From assembly GCA_007116145.1 (NCBI GenBank), contig SKJB01000050.1, forward strand, positions 1,638 through 65,637: a stretch of 64,000 bases of DNA. The letters are read 5' to 3'. Position 1 is the stretch's first letter, and each line of letters opens with the position of its first letter. The DNA comes from Limnochordia bacterium. GTDB lineage: Bacteria > Bacillota > Limnochordia > Darwinibacteriales > DTU012. Both the position numbers and the translations under genes were made by a program. Positions 11,434-21,500 of this stretch are shown in pieces. Under the pieces are notes generated by a model. That model made no database searches, was not told where the DNA came from, and was given only the letters and a program-made list of their open reading frames with translations.

Positions 11434-12008
11434 GACTCTACTCCTTGTTGTTCGAGTTCACAGTTTCCTGACGAACATGCATAGTTAGGGCTTAATAATG
11501 CCAGAACTTCCTCGCCGATACTGTTTTCCTTACGAGCTAAGTAATCCGCTAAGTGCGTATGGAGACATTTTACTCCATCACGGCTACGAATACCACCCAC
11601 ACCGGTTTTGACAATAACTTTATAGCGCTCTGGATAATTCTTCTGTAACAAATCTTGCACCTCTTTAGGTACTAACTCCTGCCGTAACTTGGCATAACTC
11701 GTATGGGTATCCTCTATTGTTTTCGCATACTGCTCATCGCTACTAATGCGCTCTTGAAAGTTAGCAATAAGGCCCTCACTCTCTAAACAACCAACTACTT
11801 TTCGTAAATAGGGGCACGTTAGCCAAAACGTCGTCGGAAAAACTTGAACATCTTCTATTTCCGTAATGATTGGTCGATTGACTATAACTTGGGGATACCC
11901 ATAAGGGCATCGGTTAGCAATACCAATCAATCCCCTTGGATCGCGCCCGATCTGGTTGACAATGATTTTATGATCCCCATTCGTTGGTCTTTCCCATTGA
12001 TGCTCCAT
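11427..12008 (-). CDS. DUF501 family protein
   Basis: QIGR, CPYGYP, FPTTFWLTCP, GVGG, VKCLH motifs. Confidence 0.85.
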   Translation of the reverse strand: MEHQWERPTNGDHKIIVNQIGRDPRGLIGIANRCPYGYPQVIVNRPIITEIEDVQVFPTTFWLTCPYLRKVVGCLESEGLIANFQERISSDEQYAKTIEDTHTSYAKLRQELVPKEVQDLLQKNYPERYKVIVKTGVGGIRSRDGVKCLHTHLADYLARKENSIGEEVLALLSPNYACSSGNCELEQQGVESC

Positions 12009-12030
12009 AGACTCGTACCCTCCCGGATGG

Positions 12031-12053
12031 AAAAAACATCCCCGAAGGGATGT
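12031..12053 (-). terminator. Intrinsic terminator after yabR
   Basis: ACATCCC-TTCG-GGGATGT followed by a T-tract on the minus strand. Confidence 0.65.
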
Positions 12054-12091
12054 AGATTATCGTACACAATACATAAATGAGACAGTATAAC

Positions 12092-12496
12092 TTACCTTGC
12101 GCCCCTGCCTCCTCGCTTAGAGTCCTGACTTTTCTTTAAAGCTGTTTGACGCTCATCACTGTCCTTTAGAAAACGAGTTAATCGATCTTCGAAATCTATA
12201 GGGCTTGGAGCTCGCCTTTTATTTCGATTGTTCTGCGGACGATGAGTCTGTTCAGTCGCTGGTTTTGGGTTAGCCTGTTTAATGGACAGGCCAATTTTGC
12301 CGTCATTGACATTTATTACCTTTACCTTGACTACTTCTTCCGTTTTTAGGTACTCATTAATGTCTTTGACATAGGCATCAGCAACCTCAGATATGTGCAC
12401 TAAACCCGTTTTACCATTAGCGAGTTCTACAAAGGCACCAAAATTAGTGATCCCCGTTACTTTCCCCTCGACAATGCTGCCGACTTCGATTGACAT
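12092..12496 (-). CDS. yabR: S1-domain RNA-binding protein YabR
   Basis: GKVTGITNFGAFV, GLVHISEVA, FEDRLTRFLKDSDER; follows divIC; SigA promoter TTGACA-N17-TATAAT at 12554-12582. Confidence 0.9.
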   Translation of the reverse strand: MSIEVGSIVEGKVTGITNFGAFVELANGKTGLVHISEVADAYVKDINEYLKTEEVVKVKVINVNDGKIGLSIKQANPKPATEQTHRPQNNRNKRRAPSPIDFEDRLTRFLKDSDERQTALKKSQDSKRGGRGAR

Positions 12497-12586
12497 ACGT
12501 TAATAAATTCCTCCTCTAAGGTTTTACCGTTGCAGGGCACGCGGCTACTATGTATTATACAGTATTCACTTTTTCGTGTCAATCGA

Positions 12587-12943
12587 CTAGTCGGTGATCC
12601 CAGCGGGATTACTGCTTTTTTCAACCGAAATCCCAGCACCCTCCACTAGCGGCTGGGATAAAATATATAGCGTCTCGTCGGGTTTTACTAAACCTAACTC
12701 TTCTCGAGCAATGCGCTCTATGTACTCCGGTGACTGCATATGCTCTATTTCTGCCCGCAATACATCATTACGCATCTTTATCGCTTTCATTTCCAGGTTT
12801 CGTTTGTTAATATCGTGATTGAGCTGATAGGTGCTAACAACCCCTTTACCAAAAATATAGCCCACCCACAGGACAAAACAACACAGCAAAAGCATTCCTA
12901 CTTTTAGCCGCTGTTTTCTAACTCTTACTTTGCTATTTCCCAC
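12587..12943 (-). CDS. divIC: Septum formation initiator DivIC/FtsB
   Basis: Basic N-terminus, TM helix, coiled coil, YIERIAREELGLVKPDE. Confidence 0.88.
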   Translation of the reverse strand: MGNSKVRVRKQRLKVGMLLLCCFVLWVGYIFGKGVVSTYQLNHDINKRNLEMKAIKMRNDVLRAEIEHMQSPEYIERIAREELGLVKPDETLYILSQPLVEGAGISVEKSSNPAGITD

Positions 12944-12967
12944 TGGCGAAGCCCCCTTTGTTCTGGA

Positions 12968-12994
12968 ATTCTTCGCCAGCAGACTTTTTCCTGC
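12968..12994 (-). promoter_or_regulatory. SigH-type promoter upstream of divIC
   Basis: GCAGGAAAA-N11-GAAGAAT matches the SigH consensus. Confidence 0.55.
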
Positions 12995-13007
12995 AAGATC
13001 CTGACAA

Positions 13008-13493
13008 TTACCGACGACGTAAATTCGCCCAGCCCATTGACTGCCAACGAAGAGCGGGCATAATCCGGAATTTTTTGCGTCCCCGACCTCTAGCTCGTGC
13101 TCCTAAACCGATATCTTGAATGAGACCCACAGGCAGGACCATAATCGGTATGAGGATTCCAAGAATTCCACTAATTATTTTGCCAATACTGTTCATAAAC
13201 AGTACTAACGAACGAATAATAAGGTGGCTAAAGAGCAGATAATAAAAGGCTAACCCTAGTACTACACCGATTACCACATAGAATCGCAGCTCGCCCCAAT
13301 TCGCCATTAAAAGATAAATGGTTAACACCGGAGCTAGAACTAACCAAAAGAATAAATCCATGACAGCTGTTGACCATACACCAGGTCGCAAAACCGATCG
13401 AAGCAACCGATAGCCGTCAAAAATTAAACCACTTGAGGCACCAGCAAGAATCGTTATAGCAAATGCATACAATTGTGCGCTGAGTGATTCCAT
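13008..13493 (-). CDS. yabQ: Spore cortex biosynthesis protein YabQ
   Basis: Hydrophobic; FDGYR, DLFFW, NWGELRFY; between yabP and divIC. Confidence 0.88.
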   Translation of the reverse strand: MESLSAQLYAFAITILAGASSGLIFDGYRLLRSVLRPGVWSTAVMDLFFWLVLAPVLTIYLLMANWGELRFYVVIGVVLGLAFYYLLFSHLIIRSLVLFMNSIGKIISGILGILIPIMVLPVGLIQDIGLGARARGRGRKKFRIMPALRWQSMGWANLRRR

Positions 13494-13580
13494 TCCTTCA
13501 CCTCCCTCGGATAGTATCTTCTAGAGACCCTCTTGCACCAGCCTCCTAGTATTGTATGCAAGTGTAAACGAGAGTGTGCC

Positions 13581-13871
13581 TCACCGAAATATTTTTGCCA
13601 GTAATCCCTTGCCTCTTTTTTCAAGAGAATCGCCTGTGTATTCCAAACTCTTCACATATCCAACCACAACCAGATTAGCGTGTTCTAAGTTTAACTCCTT
13701 AATATGCAGTTCTTCACCATGGATAATTAAACCGCCCTGTTCTGTTTCTAGCAAGATCTCTCGATCATCAAAACTTTCTACATTAACAACGCCGTCCACA
13801 TTTAGTTTTTCCCGTTTAACAAGGACTACTTGATGCTTTTTACTTGGTGTTAGTACTCGTTTATCTTCCAT
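13581..13871 (-). CDS. yabP: Sporulation protein YabP
   Basis: REKLNVDGVVNVESFD, LETEQG, LHIKELNLE, GLLAKIFR. Confidence 0.92.
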   Translation of the reverse strand: MEDKRVLTPSKKHQVVLVKREKLNVDGVVNVESFDDREILLETEQGGLIIHGEELHIKELNLEHANLVVVGYVKSLEYTGDSLEKRGKGLLAKIFR

Positions 13872-13957
13872 ATTAGTCTCCCCTTCGTCTTCTGTGAATG
13901 TGTTACTTCTTCGTACAATCTATGCGCGAAGGGGAGAAAATAGAATTCGTCGTTGGA

Positions 13958-14932
13958 TCAATCATATAAATTCTTGACTTCAACATCTGCAAAAAAGGCT
14001 GTCGCGATCTGTTCTGGTGTCATCCCATCTTTCGCCATTTTAAACGCATCCCACTGGCTTAAGCCTACCCCATGACCATAGCCGCTTCCACTCATCCGGA
14101 GTACGCCATCTGCATACTCTAACTCTTCAACTAAGGTCGAACGCATACGTGTTGAATCGACAAGAAGGCGGAAGCGCTGCCCATGGAGAGACTCTGTGCC
14201 ATTTGTACCCTCGATTTCTAACAAAGTAATCCGTTTAGTTGGGCCCCGTTCAACAATTCGCACAGCTTGGATAGTACCGACGTTTATATCGACTTCAGCT
14301 AGCAGTGTTTGCAGTTCAGCCGCAGAATACTCGGCGCTCCAATGAACTACATCCTCGGGAGCATATACGTTAGCAGGCAGCTCTATACTAGTAACATAAG
14401 GAGGTTCCTCCCCTTGGAAGTCAAGTCCTTCAACAGCTGTGGAGGTGATGCCTCCAGAATACGCATGAAACCAACCTTGAACAAAACGATTATCAAAGGT
14501 CATCACTTGCCCGCGCGTCATTTCCACGCCCGCGCGTATTTCTGGTGTAATAGCCTCTGCATTATAGGCTTGCGCTTCTTGAATATCTGTGGAAATATCC
14601 GCTCCCCGTTCCTCTTGCATCCCACCTGCTGCGATAAAAGCCATCGTAAAACTGCGAGCAAAAATCGCTTGCGCGGCATAAGCTTCCACGGGCCAGTCGG
14701 GAAACATCTCACCTGCCACCACTCCTTGTAAGTAGTCTTCTAGCATCATTGTCCGTATTTCGCCTGTTTCGTGCATAAATACCGAGATCTCTGGCTCCTC
14801 CTCTAACTCGCGAAAAATCCCTTCATCATTACCGTTCCAACTAATCATCACTGTTGTGACTGCAATTAGAACTAAGACTAAACCTACGATCATTGTGTGT
14901 TGCCGTTTCAATTTCACTGTGTTTCCTCCCAT
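13958..14932 (-). CDS. SpoIID/LytB domain lytic transglycosylase
   Basis: YLQGVVAGEM, AQAIFARS, QAY, GYGHGVGLSQW; N-terminal TM; SigG-like GCATA-N18-CAAGCTA upstream. Confidence 0.88.
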   Translation of the reverse strand: MGGNTVKLKRQHTMIVGLVLVLIAVTTVMISWNGNDEGIFRELEEEPEISVFMHETGEIRTMMLEDYLQGVVAGEMFPDWPVEAYAAQAIFARSFTMAFIAAGGMQEERGADISTDIQEAQAYNAEAITPEIRAGVEMTRGQVMTFDNRFVQGWFHAYSGGITSTAVEGLDFQGEEPPYVTSIELPANVYAPEDVVHWSAEYSAAELQTLLAEVDINVGTIQAVRIVERGPTKRITLLEIEGTNGTESLHGQRFRLLVDSTRMRSTLVEELEYADGVLRMSGSGYGHGVGLSQWDAFKMAKDGMTPEQIATAFFADVEVKNLYD

Positions 14933-15032
14933 GTTTATCTGTCTATTTGCTCCTCTCTAGCTTGTTTATTTCTCCGCCACTTTATGCCGTAGGTGTAAAT
15001 TTCACATTCTTGGGGAAAATATTCCCAATCAA

Positions 15033-15059
15033 GCAGGATAAAACAAGGACATGCAGAAT
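15033..15059 (+). promoter_or_regulatory. SigH-type promoter upstream of hup
   Basis: GCAGGATAA-N11-GCAGAAT. Confidence 0.55.
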
Positions 15060-15098
15060 ATATCGTATGTAATATTCAGACCTTAAGGAGGTTAAAGC

Positions 15099-15377
15099 GT
15101 GAATAAAAGTGAATTGATCTCAGCTGTATCTGAAAAATCAGGTATGACAAAGAAAGTAGCCACCGAGGCTGTAGAAGCCACATTCTCAACAATCCAAGGT
15201 GCATTAGCAGCTGGAGAAAAGATTACCTTAGTAGGTTTTGGTACTTTTGAAGTTCGTGACAGAGCCCAACGCGAGGGAGTTAATCCTTCAACTAAGGAGA
15301 AAATCATTATCCCTGCAACAAAAGTACCTGCGTTCAAAGCGGGCAAAACGCTTAAGGAAGCAGTCGCCCAAAAGTAG
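15099..15377 (+). CDS. hup: DNA-binding protein HU
   Basis: MNKSELI, GFGTFEVR, NPST, PAFKAGK; RBS AAGGAGG. Confidence 0.97.
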   Translation: MNKSELISAVSEKSGMTKKVATEAVEATFSTIQGALAAGEKITLVGFGTFEVRDRAQREGVNPSTKEKIIIPATKVPAFKAGKTLKEAVAQK

Positions 15378-15395
15378 GAACATCATGAAAAGCCC

Positions 15396-15427
15396 GTAAA
15401 AGCCTGCTGCTATTCGCAGGCTTTTAC
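15396..15427. terminator. Intrinsic terminator after hup
   Basis: GTAAAAGCCTGC...GCAGGCTTTTAC inverted repeat. Confidence 0.75.
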
Positions 15428-15520
15428 TCTAGAAAAACCAAACTTTCTCTTCCCATAGACCAGCAGAACTTAGGGAAAGATATAACCGAGCGCTCAGGAG
15501 CATTTAAGGAGGCAATTCCC

Positions 15521-16312
15521 TTGTATACCATCAACGACCTACTAGCAATCATGGAAAAACTTCGCTCTCCCAAGGGTTGTCCCTGGGATAGAGAACAAAC
15601 TCACCAGACCTTAGGCCGTTATTTAGTTGAAGAAAGCTATGAGGTACTTGAGGCGATTAATCAGCACAACCCTCAACTACTCGCCGACGAATTAGGCGAT
15701 ATTTTATTACAGGTAGTTTTTCATGCGCAAATTGCAGCAGAGGCTAAAACCTTTGATATGAACGATATCGTCCGTGCCATTTGCGAAAAACTCATTCGCC
15801 GTCACCCCCACGTCTTCGCAGATACCGAAGTAGAGTCTGTAGCAGATGTCTTACGAAATTGGGAAGAGATCAAAAAGAGTGAGAAACTAAATCAAGACAG
15901 GCAATCACTTTTAGATGGAATCCCAGCCCACCTCCCGGCCTTGTTGCGTGCAGAGAAAGCACAGATGAAAACCGCGAAAATAGGCTTTGAATGGGACTCC
16001 ATTACAGGAGCATACACAAAGCTGGAAGAAGAACTGCATGAACTTGGTGAAGCCATAAAGCTAGGTGAGACGAAGCACGTTGAGGAGGAGTTTGGTGATG
16101 TGCTATTTTCGCTGGTTAACATAGCCCGCTATCTTAACGTTAACCCAGAAATGTCACTAAACGCTACCACGAATACATTCATCCAACGGTTTCAGTATAT
16201 GGAAAAAGCAGCTAGCGCACAGAATCTTGACTTAAGCGTTCTAAGCTTAGCAGAAATGGATGTGTTGTGGGATCAAGCAAAGATTCATTTCCGTAAGAAT
16301 CCCCAGGTGTAG
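15521..16312 (+). CDS. mazG: Nucleoside triphosphate pyrophosphohydrolase MazG
   Basis: GCPWDREQT, EESYE, DELGD, KLIRRHPHVF, EEFGD; no N-terminal methylase domain. Confidence 0.95.
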   Translation: MYTINDLLAIMEKLRSPKGCPWDREQTHQTLGRYLVEESYEVLEAINQHNPQLLADELGDILLQVVFHAQIAAEAKTFDMNDIVRAICEKLIRRHPHVFADTEVESVADVLRNWEEIKKSEKLNQDRQSLLDGIPAHLPALLRAEKAQMKTAKIGFEWDSITGAYTKLEEELHELGEAIKLGETKHVEEEFGDVLFSLVNIARYLNVNPEMSLNATTNTFIQRFQYMEKAASAQNLDLSVLSLAEMDVLWDQAKIHFRKNPQV

Positions 16313-17883
16313 AGCCAATCGGCTAATGGAGTGCCGACTTTCGGTAGTAAGCGAACATCTTTTTCGTGAATGGCACCCATCATCATTAGGAGTAGAAAGT
16401 ACAGCGACATGCTCCAGGTGACGGTAAGCAGTGTGGCTGTGTTTGGTCCGAGTACATGGAGAGTATCAAAGAGATAGTGAAGTGATAGGGCGGTAATCAA
16501 AGCAGCACCCACGGGTTTTAGCAGAACCTCTTTGACATTTATCCGAAGATCAACCTGCTGACAGACGGAATACACATTAAGAAAAGCAACCACTAACCAT
16601 CCGAGAGTGGTACCCCATGCTGCTCCAGTTATACCAACACCAGGTATACCCGTTAGTAAATAGTTACAGACAAATTTAACTCCCACCCCAACCAGCAAAT
16701 TTTTTACAGGAATCATCACCAGGCTCATCCCCTCTAAAACCCCTGTTGTAGCCTGGATGGTACCTAGGGTAATGGTGCCAATAGCCAAAATCCGCAGTGG
16801 AGCACCCACTTGTGGATAACTAAATAGCAGCTGCGAGATGGGTTCGGCTAATACAAACAGGGCAGCAAAGGAAGGAAGACCAAAGATCAGTGCAATGCGA
16901 ATGGCTTCTCTGGTTCGCTTCGCTACCAGTCGCTTACTACCTAAGGTGGCAGCCTCTGAGATGGCCGGGATCAGGCTAGTGCTCATGGCCACCGTTATAA
17001 TGTTCGGAAGCTGTGATAATGTTAAGGCCATCCCTAAATAACCCATAAGTTCGCGGATCTGGGCTTGGTCAAAACCGGCTGCTTGCATGCGCTCTGGGAT
17101 CAATACTGTGTCAAGCATTTGCATGATCGGCCATAAGACGGTGGTTAACACAATTGGCAACGCTAGCCGTAACAAGCGTTTGCACAATTTCCTCCCTGGT
17201 TCATAGTCGGGTCGGCTTCGGCGCGCGATTTTTGCTACTAGTGATTGTTTTTGCACCATAAAGAAAGTGAACAGTGTCAGTACGCTAACAAATTCTCCTG
17301 CTACGACAGCCATCGCAGTTCCAGCAACAGCTAATTCCACGCCGTGAGGCATCAGCCAGATCGCTAGAGTAATGGTCAGAACAACACGCACAATCTGATC
17401 CAGCACTTGACTGACAGCAGTCGGTGTCATATGCTGCAGTCCTTGAAAAAAACCGCGAAAGGCTCCGCCTAGAGCATAAAAGAATGCACTAGGTGCCATA
17501 ACAAGGATGATTAAATAGACTCCAGGATCTTTTATCACGTGCCCACTAAAAAACGAAGCACTAGCCCACATTGCTCCGCAAGCACCCAAACCCGTCGCTA
17601 CAAGAATTAGAAAACTAACACGTAACACTCTAAACACTCCAGGAATCGAGCCTTGCGCAGCTTTTTCAGCTACTAGGATCGAAACAGCCGTTGGCATACC
17701 CAATATGGCAATGACGACTGCAAAGTAATGAATAGGCTTCACAAGCTGTATAAGCCCCATCCCTTCATCAAGGATGATTCGGGGAATGAAAATGATATAA
17801 ACTATGCCAAGCACCCTACTAATGCCGCTTGATAAGGCCAAAATAAAAGCACCACGCAAAAAAGACTCCTCTGTCATAAGCAT
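16285..17883 (-). CDS. MOP-family flippase (YabM/SpoVB-like)
   Basis: SFLRGAFIL, RGFFQG, PTAVSQV; many TM helices; follows spoVT. Confidence 0.88.
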   Translation of the reverse strand: MLMTEESFLRGAFILALSSGISRVLGIVYIIFIPRIILDEGMGLIQLVKPIHYFAVVIAILGMPTAVSILVAEKAAQGSIPGVFRVLRVSFLILVATGLGACGAMWASASFFSGHVIKDPGVYLIILVMAPSAFFYALGGAFRGFFQGLQHMTPTAVSQVLDQIVRVVLTITLAIWLMPHGVELAVAGTAMAVVAGEFVSVLTLFTFFMVQKQSLVAKIARRSRPDYEPGRKLCKRLLRLALPIVLTTVLWPIMQMLDTVLIPERMQAAGFDQAQIRELMGYLGMALTLSQLPNIITVAMSTSLIPAISEAATLGSKRLVAKRTREAIRIALIFGLPSFAALFVLAEPISQLLFSYPQVGAPLRILAIGTITLGTIQATTGVLEGMSLVMIPVKNLLVGVGVKFVCNYLLTGIPGVGITGAAWGTTLGWLVVAFLNVYSVCQQVDLRINVKEVLLKPVGAALITALSLHYLFDTLHVLGPNTATLLTVTWSMSLYFLLLMMMGAIHEKDVRLLPKVGTPLADWLYTWGFLRK

Positions 17884-17954
17884 ACCCCGCTTTCCTGTTT
17901 GTTCATTTTACGCAGGAAATTGTTCGGTTATGACCAGGAGTCATCCTATCAGTG

Positions 17955-18491
17955 TTATTGTTCCATCTGTTTCGCTAAAAAACCCGCTGCTGTCTCCGCA
18001 AGCTTTGACTCTAAAACACCCATCTTAACACTCGTTTCTTTTGTGGAAAGAATGACCACCCCAATGGGATCACCTTCGGCAATAATGGGAGCAATAACTT
18101 GCATCTCAAATCCCCATTGATCCTCTTCAGCTGCTAATTCTGCTTTGGTAATCATAATCGTTTTCCGCAATTCCATGGAGCGCTCTACAACATCAACAAC
18201 AGGTTTATCCACCCATTGTTTTTTAGCAGCGCCTGCTACTGCAACAATAGCATCTCTGTCGCATATTAGTGTGATATGTCCAGTAGACTCAAATAGGGAA
18301 TCTGCATATTCTTGTGCAAAATCGCCTAACTCGCCAATAGGAGAATACTTCTTTAAAATTACCTCGCCCTCACGGTCGACAAATATTTCTAACGGATCAC
18401 CTTCTCGAATGCGTAAGGTTCGTCGAATCTCTTTGGGAATTACAACGCGGCCCAAGTCGTCAATACGTCTTACTATTCCTGTAGCTTTCAA
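17955..18491 (-). CDS. spoVT: Stage V sporulation protein T
   Basis: KATGIVRRIDDLGRVVIPKEIRR AbrB-type domain plus GAF, ends FLAKQME; TTG start after AGGAGG. Confidence 0.96.
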   Translation of the reverse strand: MKATGIVRRIDDLGRVVIPKEIRRTLRIREGDPLEIFVDREGEVILKKYSPIGELGDFAQEYADSLFESTGHITLICDRDAIVAVAGAAKKQWVDKPVVDVVERSMELRKTIMITKAELAAEEDQWGFEMQVIAPIIAEGDPIGVVILSTKETSVKMGVLESKLAETAAGFLAKQMEQ

Positions 18492-18530
18492 GAGCCACAC
18501 CCCTCCTTTTATGCTGGGTACGTACACTGC

Positions 18531-18560
18531 TAGTATATATCTGAACTGCTATTTTTATTC
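18531..18560 (-). promoter_or_regulatory. SigG-type promoter of spoVT
   Basis: GAATA-N18-TATACTA; spoVT is SigG-dependent in Bacillus. Confidence 0.65.
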
Positions 18561-21500
18561 GTTTTTCCCACCTAACCCAAATTCCTTCAGTCCAGCTAAA
18601 GCTTCCCGTAAAAAGCGCAATGCTTCGTTTTCAGTTAAACCACGTATCTTAACCTTCAGTCGAGGAGTTCGTCCGGTCTGGTATCCGATCTTACCACGGT
18701 GTTTACGGACAAGTTCGGTATAGCGATTACTTGTCTCCGTTAAGCCAGGGAAGAATTTGACCACAAACAGAGCTGTCTCAAAAGCAACTGATGCAACACC
18801 TACTTGTCTGGCTAAAACCTTGATGCGGGCCACCTCAATGAGATTGCGAACCGCATCAGGAAGATCACTAAAGCGATCTTCGATCTCTTCTTCTAGTTGA
18901 TCCGCTTCACTTAAGCTGCGAATTGCGATAATTTTTTTATAGAGTTCAACCTTCTGCTTGGGATCCGATACATACTCGTCGCTAATATACGCATCGACAC
19001 TAAGGTCTAGCACGGGTTCTGGCGGGGTTTGTACCACCTCTCCTTTTAAACTTCGAATGGCCTCGCCTAGTAGTTTACAGTACAGCTCAAAGCCAACAGA
19101 TGTGATAAAGCCGTGTTGCTCGGGACCAAGAATATTGCCTGCGCCGCGAATTTCTAAGTCGCGCATCGCAATTTTAATGCCCGATCCCAACTCGGTAAAT
19201 TCTCTAATAGCTTGTAATCGCTTTTCTGCATCTTCTGTTAGTATCTTATCCCTTCGATAGGTAAAATACGCATACGCTACACGATTCGTTCGACCCACCC
19301 GACCTCGCAACTGATAGAGTTGGGCTAAACCTAAGTGATCAGCGTCATTAATAATTAATGTATTCACATTGGAAATATCCATTCCAGTCTCAATTATGGT
19401 TGTACAAAGTAACACATCATATTCACCGTTATAGAAATCCAACATCACTTTCTCTAACCGGGTTTCGTCCATTTGCCCATGGGCAATCGCAATACGTGCA
19501 TCAGGGACGATCGCTTGAATCTCACTATACATTTTGTCGATTGTCTGGACGCGATTATAGACAAAGTACACTTGTCCTTGCCGCCCAATTTCGCGTCGGA
19601 TTGCTTGTCCGATCGCCTCTGGATCCCACTCGATCACAAACGTGCGAATCGGAAAGCGGTCTTCAGGTGGGGTTTCAATTAAACTCATGTCGCGGACACC
19701 CACCATGGACATATGCAAAGTACGGGGGATGGGTGTGGCTGATAGCGTAAGTACGTCGACGTTTTTGCTCAGTTCCTTCAACCGTTCTTTTTGCGCTACT
19801 CCAAATCGTTGCTCTTCATCGACTATCACTAACCCAAGATCATGAAATTTGATATCCTTAGACAAGAGCCGATGGGTACCGATTACCACATCCATACTAC
19901 CAGCCTTCAAACCTTGATTTACTTTCTTTTGCTCAAGGGCTGATTGGAAGCGACTTAACACGCCAATGTTTATCGGATACTCCTCAAACCGTTCTACAAA
20001 GGTGCGGTGATGTTGCTGGGCTAATATTGTGGTAGGAACAAGCACAACCACTTGTTTGCCTTCTCCTACCGCCTTAAACGCGGCTCGAATCGCTACTTCC
20101 GTCTTTCCATAGCCCACATCTCCACACAATAGGCGATCCATGGGCTTGCTTCGCTGCATATCTTGCTTAACATCGCGTATAGCTTGTAGTTGATCGGGCG
20201 TTTCCTCATACGGAAAAGCAGCTTCAAACTCCTGCTGCCAAGGGGAGTCTTCATTGTAGGCGTGCCCTTGTAGAGACTCACGTTCTGCATATAACTTGAT
20301 TAAACCTTGAGCCATTTCCTGTACCGATTCCTTAACACGCTTTTTGACGCGCGACCATTCACCACCGCCTAATTTTGATAGTTTTGGTGCTTGGTCATTT
20401 AATCCTACATAACGTTGCAGCATATCAATTTGATCGGTCGGTACATACAGTCTATCTTTCCCACTAAACTTCACCAACAAATAATCTTTGTGGGCGTTAC
20501 TTACCTCAAGGGTTTCTAGCCCAAGATATTGACCAATTCCATGATTTATATGTACAACAAAATCCCCAATGCGTAAATCGCCTTCGGTTAGTTTGATGTG
20601 CTCTTCACTCCGGTGTATTCGCTCTTTAGGTCGTTGTTTGCCATAAATCTCCAGTTCTGTACACACTATTAATTTAAAACCAGGAAACTCAAAACCCGTT
20701 TCCAAACTCCCTTTAGCCACAATACAGTTGCCGATTTTCAGCTCCTTTGAGACATCAGCTGTATATTGGGCAGGGATATCGCTATCTTTCATGTACTCGA
20801 CAAGCCGTCGAGCTCGCTCCTCGGTAGATGTTACCAATAGGATCCGATAGTGTTCTTTGCGCCACTGGGAAACCTTTTTGAGGAATCCGGACAAATTTCC
20901 TTGAAAGTGTTCGGGGGTCTTGGCTGATATCTGCTTTACCACAGCGTGTTCCATCTCAGGAATTCGTTTGTCGAGCACTGTAAAATACATGGGTGAGTAC
21001 TTCGCAGCCTTCTCCCACAAATCATTCCAGGTTAAGAATTTTTGCTGAATACTAGGCAAAACACGCCCTTTTTCCAATAAATCAGCAATGGTTTCATTGA
21101 TTTCTTGCAGGTAGGCTCGAAGCTGATCCTTAATCCGCACGGGCTCATTAATGACAACCCGTGCATCTGCTGGCAGATAATCGAAAAGCGAGGCGGGTGC
21201 TACCAAATAACCTAGATATTGATCGAGTCCGGGGAAAAACTTAGCCTCAAGGAGTAGCTCTAGATGATGGGCCACCCGTTCTAATAAGCTATCCGCTTCT
21301 TTTTCCTTATGGACCTTCAGTAATCTATTCGCCTGTGCACTGGCTTCTTCCCAAATGTCGTCACGGATCTTCTGTAAGTCTGGTAGCCCATAGAACGCTT
21401 CACGGACTGGATAAATAACTACTTCCTGAACGTTTTCTAAGGACCGTTGACTATCTAGTTCAAAACTACGGATAGAGTCCACTTCGGTATCAAAAAGTTC

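Noticed and set aside
15092..15346. Antisense ORF to hup and the many similar 60-190 aa shadow ORFs, e.g. 18145-18723
   Set aside because: Opposite-strand or alternate-frame shadows of well-supported genes with no motifs of their own
16811..16819. Perfect DnaA box TGTGGATAA
   Set aside because: Isolated and inside a coding sequence; expected by chance in 64 kb
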